From Klebsormidium nitens (Eukaryota > Plantae > Klebsormidiophyceae): DNA of 64,000 nt. A program made the position numbers and the translations under genes. The DNA is taken from positions 1-64,000 of the forward strand of contig DF237183.1 in the NCBI GenBank assembly GCA_000708835.1. The letters run 5' to 3'. Numbering within the stretch: the first letter of the stretch is position 1; every line of letters starts with the position of its first letter. Shown in pieces: positions 1 to 12,600 of this stretch. Under the pieces are notes generated by a model. That model was not told where the DNA came from and ran no database searches. It saw only the letters and a list, made by a program, of their open reading frames with translations.

Positions 1-1255
1 ATTATTGCTCACATTGCAGTACATATGTGCCAGCCAAGTGAAGTTTCACATACATATACATACATACGTGCAATTAACACATATAATGATATAACTGGCT
101 ATAACAAAGCCCATGATGGTAACTTCTCATTTATTAACGCCCTTACTAAGCCACATTAGAGCCATGGAGCACGGTCTCCGGCAGGCCCAGGATGCATGAT
201 GATGGATGGCGGCAGCCGCATGCATTGGAACTTCATCATTCAATGAATCCATTCAAAGAAAGAACAATTGTGGTTAGATTGCATGCCTTTGGCAGCAGGG
301 CAGCCTGCGTTTGAGTCCTAGTGACATGACATGGAACTAAACTGAAGACCTGCGCAGCCCTAGCAAGCTGCAAAACCAACTCATTATATACGGTACCCCG
401 GTCGATCCGCCGCCGTGGTGGTGCTACTAGTAGTAGCGCCCAAGAAGAATGCAAAATGGCGGCCTCAACATCCTGGCCAGTGCAACTTGATGCAAAATGG
501 AGAACAGAGACTTCATGAAAATTCGAAAATCAATGAAGCGTGGCTCACTGAGCCCAGCTGGGTTTAATACAACAAGTGACCATTGCTCGACCATTGAGCA
601 TTCGACTCCAATGGAAGCGGACTAGTAGCAATAAGCAGAATGACTCATTGTTTACAAGTTATATAAGTAAGAAAGTAAACTCTCCTGAACGTTCATGCAA
701 GAGTGGCCGCCCTTACGGTGGGTCACTAATACATACTCACATACTAACATCACATTATACCTAATGCCTTAATAATAGTGAGACCGTGGTGGGAGTCGAG
801 ACACACGTACACCCCACGTACAAAAAGCTCATAAATGTGAAAAGTTCCTGAGGTCTGTGCAGTGCATGCGCGTCTCTTTCGAGAATCGAACCATGGTGCT
901 GCAGTGCCTGCCAAATTCCAATGCCATGGCCGGACGTGCCGGGAATCTTGCAACCACGCACGTGTAGGGAACGTTGCGGACAGCAAGTGAGGCCAGTGAG
1001 AACTGGCCCTTTGGAGCCACAAGCGAGGAATCACATGGGTGACATGACGTCGAGGGGGAGTTTTCACACGTTTCTGCTGACTCAGCTGAATCTGAGCTCT
1101 CGAGCCTCAAGCACAGGATCCAGATTCCAGCAAGCGATTCGTTGAGAAGATTCAAAACTCCACTCGAGTCGGAACTTGGGGGAAGCTCTTCTCCAATTAC
1201 ACTTTCCAAAGCGTTTCCTCTGCGCAAGAAGAGCTGTTTGAACCGGCTGGACGCC

Positions 1256-4200
1256 ATGGCGCTCATCGAGGCTCTCGCGAAGTATGTGCCAGGTGCTGCT
1301 CCACATGCTGCTCCTCAGGCGGCCTACACTCTCATCACCTCCCATTTTGTGAACTGGTTCATCCCAATCTGTGGACTCATTGGCATTGCCTTTGCGCTCC
1401 TCCAATGGCACATTGTCTCCAAGATTAAGGTCTCACCGGAAGCAGGGAGGTACAATGAGTATGTTGCGGTTGAGGATGGTACTGATGATCAGGGGGTCAT
1501 CCACAAGGTGGCGGAGATTCAGGAGGCCATCTCTAAAGGTGAGCTCGCCAGCTTGCAGGCAAATGTTTGAGTCCTGCTTGATGCCTGCTGGCTGGATGGT
1601 CATTGTAATGATTGTTGAAGTGTTGCGCTTCCCTCTAATCAATCAGAAACCCTTCAGTGAAATCAGATAGAATCATACAGTTGACTTAAGAGTCATTTAT
1701 AAACTGTGACCAACTTACATTGCCGGATGGAGGTCTAAGGTCTGGCGCACGTGAATGGTATCATTTTTTAGTGTGCTGTGACGAGCACTATCCTGTATGG
1801 TAAAGACCGACTCTGCCTTTATCAGGTGCCGGTCTGGACCTGGCCTATCACATCATGGGCAAACATTTTAACTTTGCCGTTGACTTTTTGACATTTTCAG
1901 CTACAATCAAGCTGAGTCAATCGTGTCCTATGGCCTTGTTGTCTCTCTTGAAACCGGCTTGTTTTCAGTGCATTCCCCAAATCTCTGCTCCCGGCAGCAA
2001 GCAGTGCTTGGATATGACTGGTTCTATTTTGCGTTGGATGGACCTTAAATCCCCTGCTTGCGCGAAGCGCCCTCAAAGAATCTCATGTGAATTGGATTGG
2101 TGTACAGTAAGTATCTGATGGGTGCTGGACCTCCACCGCGCATTATTCGTTTGCACTCCAGCTTTCGTACATTGCAAAATTGCTCGCCCAGAGTGCACCG
2201 ATGATTCCTATGGACAATCCCTGAATGCACATAGCAATCCCCGTGACTTGTTGTATTGCACACAATGACCTTCTCATCTCTTGTTAGTGCTTTTGGATTT
2301 GCTAGCAATCTGGTAACGGTCTGTCAGCACTTGCTATTCTTTACTGCGTCTTTCAAAGTAAGGAAGGCCGGCAGTAAACTGGTCATTTTCCTAAGGTGCA
2401 GACACTGTGATGCGAAAATCCAAATCATGCACTGCCAGGCTTTTGCCCTGGAATTCTGGTTGTAATGATACCGATTTGATTTCACTTGGTTTAAAAGGTC
2501 ATCTCTACCACTAGCTAAATTTCATTTGGCAGCTATTGGTTGTGTTTGGAGAAGACCTTCGTGATGCATACCAGAAGGCACAATGTCCATCTTTTTGGAT
2601 ACTTGCGGTTCTTCGCATGTTACCCATTTATATCAGCGCAGGTTGGATTACTTGATGCAAACATCTCGGATGGATGTTCCTGCTTCTTGATGACGATGTC
2701 CAGCTAATTGCTTCCAGGCACCTTACTTTAAGGTTCAATTGAAATGAGGTGCTCACTCTGGATCCATCTAATGACGTTCTTTCACATGTGCCTGATCAAA
2801 TTGCATTTGTGTCCTCAGGTGCCATCGCCTTCCTCAGCACCGAGTACTACTATGTGGGGTGAGTCTGAGCACGCTCTTTTGGGAGTGGTTCAAACATCAA
2901 TACAGTTACTCGATCTATCCATGACAAGCGGTACTATGTCCCAAAGCATTGCCCTGTTTTGATTATTACGTAGATGGATGTTGGTTGTCAGGATGGATCA
3001 GAGACAATGTTTGTGAAACTGTTGATTCTCAGCACCGGCTCAAATTGTCTTCTGAACTTTGGCGGAGTCCTCAATCCTTTTTGCTGACACTCTTGCAGGA
3101 TCTTCATGGTCATCTTCTTTGTTGTCATCTTCCTATTCCTGGGGTCAGTTGACAACTTCAACACCAAGTGGACCGCCTGCGACACCAACCCGAGCGGCTA
3201 CTGTGCCCCTACTGTCGCCATTGCGTTCTTCAGCGCTTTGGCTTTTGCATTGGGAGCAGGCACCTCTCTGGTGTGCGGTTTCCTTGGTAAGCCTTATTAC
3301 TGATTATTGATGTAGTGTTCTGCCACTTGATGATTCTCTTGGTCTGTGTCAATCATGGAATCTGGACCCTGGAGGGGTTCAATCGTATCTTGCTTGATGC
3401 AGGTCGTGAGATTGCTGTCATTTCACAGGAAAAGTACTCTGTGGAGATCAAATTGTTCTGATTGCTGTACGCCATCTTGGCACTACTGGCAAATCAAAGG
3501 CCTTTCACATTTCGCTGGCTAGCTTTCTCCTGCTCCCAATTGCCCAAATCCCATTTGAGTACTTGCGAGGTGAATATAGTGGTCTAAGCATGGCACTTTG
3601 TATACAGGCATGAAGATTGCTACCTACGCGAATGCTCGTACGACGTTGGAGGCTCGCAAGGGTGTTGGCCATGCGTTCATCGTCGCATTCCGCTCTGGCT
3701 CTGTCATGGGCTTCTTGCTTACCAGCCTGGGCCTCTTGGTGCTCTTTGCTACCATCACCGGATACAAGTACTACTTCGGAGCGGACTGGATTGGTCTGTA
3801 TGAGTCCATTGCTGGGTATGGTCTTGGAGGATCCAGGTGAGGGCAGAAAGTCAAGAGGAGAGGAGAGGAGAGTTGTCTGGTATCTGTCAAGCGGAGTGGA
3901 GAGTTGCTCAATGACTGACCGACAGAAAATTGTGTACTCTGGACTTGCTTCTCAGTTCTTGACGCTTCGTTCTGGATTCTGTTGCAGATCAATCAGCGCC
4001 TCATTGCGTGCTGTTTGGCTAATTGCTACTCTATACGGGCCAGAAACGCGCTTGATAGGAGTAGCTGAATACAATCGTGTTCATGTAACATGTGCAACCT
4101 CAACGTATTTTCTCCTCACTTGCACTTCTCCCTGTGTTTTGCAGTGTCGCTCTCTTCGGTCGTGTCGGTGGTGGCATCTACACCAAGGCTGCGGATGTTG

Positions 4201-7200
4201 GTGCTGATCTTGTTGGCAAGGTCGAGCGTGGCATTCCAGAGGACGATCCGAGGAACCCTGCTGTGAGACTCAATCCATAAGGCATTTTTGGACTGTGGCC
4301 TCGGTTCACATGCCAAGATGCTCTTGCTTGGAATCCCATGCTTAATCTCACGCTGCTTCAAAACTTCTCCATGTGTTGTATTGGTCTTCGGAACATTCTT
4401 CGTAGTGCCGTTGATCCTTCTGGTTGTACTGTGTGGCACTATTTCTTCTCTGTTAAGTCGCCCTGTAGTTCTGACGAGGAGCTTCCTTGCAGGTCATCGC
4501 TGACAATGTGGGCGACAACGTCGGTGACATTGCGGGCATGGGCTCTGACCTGTTTGGCTCCTTCGCTGAATCCACCTGCGCTGCGCTGGTCATCTCGTCC
4601 CTCTCCTCGCTGGGCCACGCCCACTCTTTCGCCGCCATGAGCTTCCCCCTCCTGATCACCGCCGCCGGCATCCTCATTTGCCTGATCACCACCCTCTTCG
4701 CCACCGACTTCCACATCATCAAGACCGTCAAGGAGATTGAGCCGTCCCTGAAGCGTCAGCTCATCATCTCGACCCTGCTTATGACCCCCACCATCTTTGC
4801 TGTCGCTCACTACTCGCTCCCAGCTGAGTTCACCATCAATGTCGTTGGACATGAGCCCAAGCCTGTCAAGAACTGGTGAGGGGAGCTGACCGTGGAGCAC
4901 GCCAACTTGGCCTACTCTTGGAGCCTTGAACATGAGGTCGTCTTTTGGTCACTGAGGAGTCCGGAAGTGAAGGAGTGGCTGCACGAAGGGCATGCGACAT
5001 AGAATCTCATTGCTTTCCTCTCTCGAAGTGTATGAGGGCTCATCTTTGCTTGCTCTTGACTTGTGACACATTGCCATCCATCCAGTTTTGTGATCCTATG
5101 TCCTCCGTGCCTCTATTGCGGTCCAATCAAACCAACCAAAAGCGATTGCAGGACTGACTTTTGGTGCGACCCTCCAGGTACATGTTCTTCTCTGTGGCCT
5201 CTGGACTCTGGGCTGGCCTCATCATTGGGTTTGTCACCGAATTCTTCACGAGCAACGCCTACCAGTAAGTGAACTGCGCTTTGGGTCTTCTGTGATTTCA
5301 CAGCTTAATCTGCTCCTTCCCTTATACTGAGCGCGCTGAATGCTGGCTAAACGAGACCCCAGTGGCAGCAAAGACTCGGCTTGAGATGGCAGGGCATTAT
5401 TTCACTGGAACCGGGTTTTACGACTAGTTTCGAGCTTTACGGGATGCACATTCAGAGTGATTGAAGGTCTAGGTGGCAAGTCTTTGTGTGTCAATCGAAT
5501 TCGCATCTGCAAGTGCCCTCGTCATCATCCAAAGTTCAAGTCTATTGTTGTTTGGAGAAAATCTCTGAGCAGGAACGAAAGCACCATCCTTGCAATTTCA
5601 GTAGCATCTGGCCAGGGAAAGGAACATTATGCTGCAGACATCTCCGTACAAGCACACTTCACTGCAAGGCAGGCTCCGATTGGTCGACAGGACCTGCTTT
5701 TGAAGCACCCCGGACGGAGATTCCCCCCTTCTCCCTGCAGGCCGGTCCAGGACGTCGCTGACTCGTGCCGCACGGGCGCTGCCACCAACATCATCTTCGG
5801 GCTGGCCCTGGGCTACAAGTCGGTGATTATCCCCGTGTTCGCCATCGCTGCGGCCGTGTACACGAGCTACCAGCTGGCCGCCATGTACGGCATCGCGTGC
5901 GCGGCCCTCGGCATGCTCAGCACACTTTCTACTGGGCTCGCCATTGACGCTTACGGCCCTATCTGCGACAACGCTGGAGGAATTGCGGAGATGGCTGGCA
6001 TGGGAGAGAGCATCAGGGAGCGCACTGATGCGCTGGACGCTGCTGGAAACACCACCGCTGCCATCGGCAAGGTGAGGGGAATAATCAGGGACAACTGCTG
6101 TTGACGAAGTGAAGTGTTCGCAGGTGCGATTTGTCTCTCACTCGTGTAAGTGTCTCGTACTTTGTATGCATGAAATCTGGTTACTTGGCCTTCCGCAGAC
6201 CACAGACTTCCATGGGCGCCACTACTTGTTTGTAGGTTTAACAAGCAGAGCTCACTTTGTGGCTCCTTGATGAGGCGTTGGTTTTGAGGCTCAGCTTTAC
6301 GAACAGAACTTCTAACCTCCTACTGGCAGAGATTTCATAACTGCCCCGCTGTAAAACCCCTCTTCGTTTTGAATATTGACAGAGCTTTTTGGTTGCAGGG
6401 CTTCGCCATTGGATCTGCTGCTCTGGTGTCTCTTGCTCTTTTCGGTGCCTATGTCAACCGCGCGGGTATCTCTGTTGTCAACGTCATCCAGCCTGAGGTA
6501 AGTCTCGCTTGTCATACATGTCGATGCAATCACAGCATTTAGCACTCAAAAAGAGTCGAGCAGGACATTGTAATGCCAGCCTGTCTTCAACATCGCCCCT
6601 ACGTGCACATTTCTCTGCCTGCGTTGCATTCCTTGTTCGTTTACATGCTCGTCGCCAACATTCGCTTGCTCACTGTATGCCACCACATTGAAACCAGTTC
6701 TGTAAAGGAAGAGTTCGCTTGTGCCACGGGAAGAATCAGCCCATCTATCGCTGCAGTTCTTGCGCTGACTCGTTCCGCTCCCCCTCCGTTGTGCAGGAGT
6801 TCTGCGGCCTGCTGGTGGGCGCCATGCTGCCGTACTGGTTCAGCGCCATGACGATGAAGTCGGTGGGCAAGGCTGCGCTGGCCATGGTGGAGGAGGTGCG
6901 CCGCCAGTTCAACACCATCCGGGGACTCATGGAGGTACGTCCGGGTTTCGCTGTCGCAACGGTGGCTGACCTAACTTTGACGGTTGCCTGGTTTCGAGAC
7001 AGAAGCCAAATTTTTCCGGCCAAGATTATGGTTTTTTTCGAGCGCCCGAATTTCCCCCTTTTCAATCAAGAGGGAACGTTGAAAAGGCAGAAATCGTCTT
7101 TTAAGCAACTTTCTGCTTCGGAAGCCAGCCTTGGCAAACTAAAGCGTGACCTAAGAGCGCTCAGCAATGGAGCGCAACAATGATTGCGACCGTGTTTGGC

Positions 7201-8116
7201 AATTTTCTTGCTACAGCTCAGCTTAGGAAACTACTTGTCGGATCAAAGCTAGGGCAAGATTGATTGTCGGTACTCAACAGATCTCCAAATCCTGTTGCCT
7301 CATTGAATCCTACACTCTTCCTTCATGACGCAGGGCACCGCCAAGCCCGACTACGAGCGGTGCGTCAAGATTTCCACGGACGCGTCCATCAGGGAGATGA
7401 TTGCCCCCGGTGCGCTGGTCATCCTGACCCCCGTCATCGCCGGCACTCTCTTCGGGACCAGGGCCCTCTCCGGAGTCCTGGCGGGCGCTCTCGTCTCTGG
7501 CGTGCAGGTTAGCATCGCATTCTGGTCTACGTTTTGTGCGCACCTTGCTCTACTCGTTTTCATTCAAAGGCCCGAAGGAGGCGATTGAGGTCGTAGAGCC
7601 CGGCTGGGGAGTCCTGGACGTTCAAGAGGGAGTCCTGGCCGTTCAAAGATTTTTTGAGGGTAATACAGAGAAAATTTAAAGAGAAACGACTGCCTGTGTA
7701 GAAGGATCTCCCGGACACTATCAATGTATTGCGACAGTGGAGGGGTCCATTACGAAGAGCAGATTGATTGTCGGAAGTCGGTTGCGACTGTGCTTCGTGT
7801 TGCAGCCCATGCATTGTGCTGAACACCACGTTGGTTCTGCTCTCAGATCGCCATCTCTGCTTCTAACACCGGTGGGGCCTGGGACAACGCCAAGAAGTAC
7901 ATTGAGGCCGGCGCTTCCGAGCACGCCAAGTCGCTGGGCCCCAAGGGATCAGACGCCTACAAGGCTGCTGTCATTGGTGACACCGTAGGTGACCCGCTCA
8001 AGGATACCTCCGGTCCTTCTCTCAACATCCTGATCAAGCTCATGGCTGTCGAGTCTCTGGTTCTAGCGCCTTTCTTCAAGGCGCATGGAGGCATCATCTT
8101 CGGAGGGAACCATTAA
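1256..8116 (+). CDS. AVP1: Vacuolar-type H+-translocating inorganic pyrophosphatase, type I (K+-stimulated); 12 exons, ~779 aa
   Basis: Exons 1256-1538, 2819-2858, 3099-3286, 3608-3836, 4145-4262, 4493-4875, 5178-5264, 5741-6071, 6399-6497, 6797-6934, 7334-7507, 7847-8116. All introns are GT-AG and the frame is continuous. Hallmark motifs: [96 protein letters not shown]. Confidence 0.96.
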
Positions 8117-8836
8117 GCCAAGTGCGTCAGAGTGGCAGCCTGGCGGTTCGCAATTTTGGAAAATGTGAGTCGAGCAGGAGACTGTTGAGGTAGGGCAGGT
8201 CGAATGCAGAGTTGAGCAATGTCTTTTCTTTGCACAGTCGGAGGTTTCGTGTCAGTAAAACGCTTGTTTCAGCCACCTAGGAGTTCGGAGATAGTGAACT
8301 GGTCGAGCAGATTGTTCTAAGAGTGTGAACGTGCATTTGAAAGGATCTGTTGGATTCTGATTACAAGCATGTGGAGTGTCTGCAAGTGTGTTCGGTCAAA
8401 CAGTTTCCCCCAAAACGGAAAGCGAACATGTCACAAGTAGCTGTCAATCCTGATAAAAAGTGCATTAGATCAACCCCTTATAGACGCCGCTAGCTAACAA
8501 CACTGCATATGACATTTTAGACTGCAATGGTTCTTGTAGCCGCATGTGGCAACAGCCAGTTTGACTACTACTTGCTTGACTAAGTGAACACAGCAAAGTG
8601 CATGCAGCCGATAGCCGTGAGCTTGGACGTGACCCATCCTTCCCCAGTGGTTCCACAGCAATGTCAAATATTAAGTGATTCACCTTCGCATTAGTTTATG
8701 CACGATCTCCAATGAGCTGGCAGTGATGCCAACGTGCAGCCAGTTGGAACACTGTGATATAACTGAAATCTTGGAAAGGATTGTCGCCGGTGCATATGCG
8801 CACATAATTCAGCAGTATTTGGTCTGACTAAGTGAC

Positions 8837-8858
8837 ATTTTACACTGCAGTGTAAAAT
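8837..8858. repeat. Perfect 22-bp palindrome
   Basis: attttacactgcagtgtaaaat. Confidence 0.85.
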
Positions 8859-9611
8859 CTCGTCAATTGCGCGCCTAAAGTTTTATAGGGTCTGATCGAA
8901 GCGCATACACTATATATGTGGCAGACGGTCTGGCCGCGCCTGCTTAACGTTCATACATGCCACTATATAGCGCGGCGGCATGCGCTGCAGCCGGCCGTGC
9001 CGCGGTCGCGCCACATCGAATCATGCATAGCAGAGTCAGCTATAGTGCGCGCTTAACACTAATATCTGCAATTAATTTGAGATATTTAAGATCTATGTTG
9101 TATAAACATGACTTGTAGTTTGAAGCTGACACGATATCTAGCTACTAACTTAAGCCGGGCGGCATGAGCAACTTGCTTGCGTACAAGCTTTGCCGCTGTC
9201 CAAATAACTTGGTTCATGCTTTGCTGACTCATGCCAGCACATGCAGCGGCCGCCGGCTCTGAATGCTGCCTACGCAACCGTTGCTTGCAGGCCGCGGGCC
9301 GTTATTTGCCAGTTGTTGGAACTTAGCTGTAGCTAGGCTCAGGCTTCGTAGGGATAGCAGTGCGGCCCACGGCTCGGTGCATGTGCGTAAACTTAATACA
9401 TCACTAACAATAAACAGTATCAATAACCAAAGGCTTCATAGATTCCGAAATTCGGAGTTGAAAGCTCATGGGTATGGCCGTCTCATCAGCATTTGTCCAT
9501 GGGCAAAGGTAGAGATCGGTGGATCGAGCCGAGCTGCATTCAAGTTTGACTATCACAAGTCTCAAAGCGTAGGAGAAAGCACCTGAGCAGACAAATCAGT
9601 AAGCGGCAGGT

Positions 9612-12600
9612 TCAGCTTACTAGTTGACCTTCCCTGCAAGTATCAAGCCTGATCTCCGCTGTTCTCTCGTCAATAATCTCAACGCTTTGACAACATTGTC
9701 TTCGAGGTGCGAGCACCCAAGCATCCGTCAATGGTGGGGCCACAATCCGAATCTCAGTCACCTCCCTCTGTGGAATATGCACTTCTCCCTCCGAACATGC
9801 CTTCGACACTGTCCGCATCCTGCCCCCCCTCACCGGCCCCTCCTCTGTCGTGCTCTGTTCCGTCCAGTCTGTAACGGTCCGAGTATAGGTCGTTTCCAAC
9901 AGAAGTTGCCCATCCACCCACCGCGAAGCCGCTCCTGACGCGTGAAAAAGCGATGGTACACGACACGTCGTTACCGGCGTGTTTCTTGTATCCATATCAA
10001 AGTCAAACGGTTCTCGGCCCCGGTTCCACGCCCGGAAAGTCCGCTGCGGCCTCTCCAGATCAGTGGGCCGGATGAAGTCGGGGTACCACCGCACCGAATA
10101 CCCCCATGCGATCGAGATGGAAAACTTCTCCGCCTGCAGAAGAACAGGTAGTCAGAATGAGGCCCTTATTGAGCCCACGTTCTCAGCAACAATATTTGCG
10201 TCCGCAAGTAACGAGGGCGCCTACTCTCATCTAAAACGGTCTTGCTATGGTCCTTCTGGATGGCACAGCATCGGACTCCTAAGTGTTAACGTCAGGGCCA
10301 AATCGTGGTATGCCTTCCGCAATCCTTGATGACATACCAGAACACCGAAATTGTAACTGTTTCCAGTCGTGTAGGCCTTCTGACGGTTCCAAGGTTTGCG
10401 TGTTCTTTGTTTAGCCGTTTGCTTCAATGGCCGGGATCATCATGCCTAAAGGCCGACCGCAGGCTTTTGCAGCAATACGGTCTCAACATCACACATCCAT
10501 TCGCACAAATCAATCGTTCTGGGAGCATGTATTGGCAGGGAGTCGAACTCGAACTTTGTCAGTTCTGCTGCAGGTAGGTGTAAATCTAACATTGGTGCAA
10601 AATCTGCCTTACCTCCCGTCCAACCTCACCTGGTCGAGGCACATGGTCGCGGCTGCAGCAGGAGTTCGAAGATCCCCACCAACCCTCAATCCTCACCTCA
10701 ATGAGGCACACAACTTTCTGCTGAAGATGTCACTTCAAGACCCTGACTTGATACAAATATCTTCCACACCCCCTCACCTGGTTGAGGCACATGGTCTGCT
10801 GCAGGAACTCGCGCGGGTGGCGCTTCATGGTGGCCGTCAGCTGTGCGAGGGCGGCCATGGCGCTGCGCTGCGGGAACACCGGCTGGAACACTGCCACGTG
10901 GTGCATCGACAGGAAGGGCGTCACGGGGTGGCCCTCCAGAGCGCCCGCCACGTTGCCCAGTAGGTCGTACTGGTGGAACCCGCGCTCTTTGCGCATCTGG
11001 GGGGGTAAAAATTAGGGGTTGAGGAAGGGGGGGATGCTGTCAAAAAATGGACATAAAACCTCGTGGGTTGTGTTTGGGGTTCTTACGAACGCAGCCCAGT
11101 TTTGAAGAATGAGGGAGTTCTCCTATTCATCCAGTACGGAAAAGGCATACTCAGTGCGCATCTGAGGGTCGACGAAAGGGAACGGTGCACAGTAAGATAG
11201 ACATCGAACCGGCCGATTGGGTTGCACTCGTATACAGCGACGAAAGAGCAAGGAGAGTCCTCTGGAACATTCGCGGGCAAATTTGGCGTACGCGGCAGGA
11301 GAATGTCCCTTCTTGTCACACTTCTGCGCAATGAGTACTAAGTCCATCGAATGTGGGCGACCATCTCTTAAACGACGCTCAGTCGGCAGTCAACACAGGC
11401 AGCAAGAGGGCCAAAAACACAGTTGAGGCAAGCGTACCGCAAGCCGGCAGACTGGCATGCACTTATCAATTGGTGTCTCGTGATCAGAAACGAGGTCGTA
11501 TGGGAGAACCCCAGAACGAGCTGCTCTTCACTTGACAACGTTCAGAGTCCTTTCACGAAGACCATATCCAAAGCCATTGAGACCATACCCAAAATCATCG
11601 GAATCTCGGAATGACGTCACCCCGCACGTCACTCACATGCACGCCGAGCTCCGCGAGGCACGCCTGCACGCGCGCGTCGCTGCCGTAGACCTCCGGGTAG
11701 CGGTGCAGGCACTCGTCCTGAATGTCGCTCAGCCGCGCCGCTAGCGCGACGCTGATGGCGAACCCCCCCCCGCCGTAGCCCATCTCATTGCTGAACTCGA
11801 CGTTCTGCAGGTGCGACTCGCTCGGCGCGCCAATGTAGACCAGCTCGCGGGGGTCGTACTTGGAGAGGACGGCGGCCAGGTTGGGCGGGCAGAACACGGT
11901 GTCGTCATCGCCCATCACGTACCACAGCACGTCACTCTGAGTAGGGAGAGTCAGCATTAAGTGTCAAGATAAGATTCTGGATTTAAGCAAAGAGCGTAAG
12001 AAATTCTCCGCACTTGAGGTTCTGAGGTTGTGAGCGGTTACAGGTGTCGTCGTCGCCCCTCACGTACCACAGCACGTCGCCCTGGGCAGGCAAAGGCGGC
12101 ACTGATTGTAGGTCCATGTAGTCTACATGAAAGGATCGTAAAAGTCGAATGGTGTCACGAGTTGCGGGTTTTCAAGCGATTCCATGCAGTGTCGTTGCCT
12201 ATCACGTACCAGTGTACGTCGCGTTGGGCAGGGAGGGGCGGCACTGATTGTCAGTTTATCAATTTGCAATGCCCTTGATCCTGCGTGAAGATACTGTGCA
12301 TATTTGTTGTTTCCGACACTCTAGAAAGCTGGAATGAGAGGGTTGTAGGGTGCGTATGACAATTCGTCAGAAGATACCGTCGAGCAGCACCACACCACCG
12401 CGAATGAAGGATCAAGCCCACAAGAAGCGCACGACACGAAGTAATGAAAACTTCACGCCCTAAGTTTCCATGCTTAGAGCGATAAAAGAAAACCAGTCCG
12501 ACCACCCACGAACGGACAATACGAAGTTCCAACTTGCAGAATCACGGCCAAGCCTCCGAGAGCTTACTGTTTCGGCAACACGAATAGGCACTACAGATAC

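Noticed and set aside
7605-7645. 20-bp-period direct repeat ggagtcctgg.cgttcaa in a PPase intron, resembling exon-11 ggagtcctgg
   Set aside because: The match to the exon is only ~10 nt and includes no splice site; it is treated as an ordinary short tandem duplication, not an echo.
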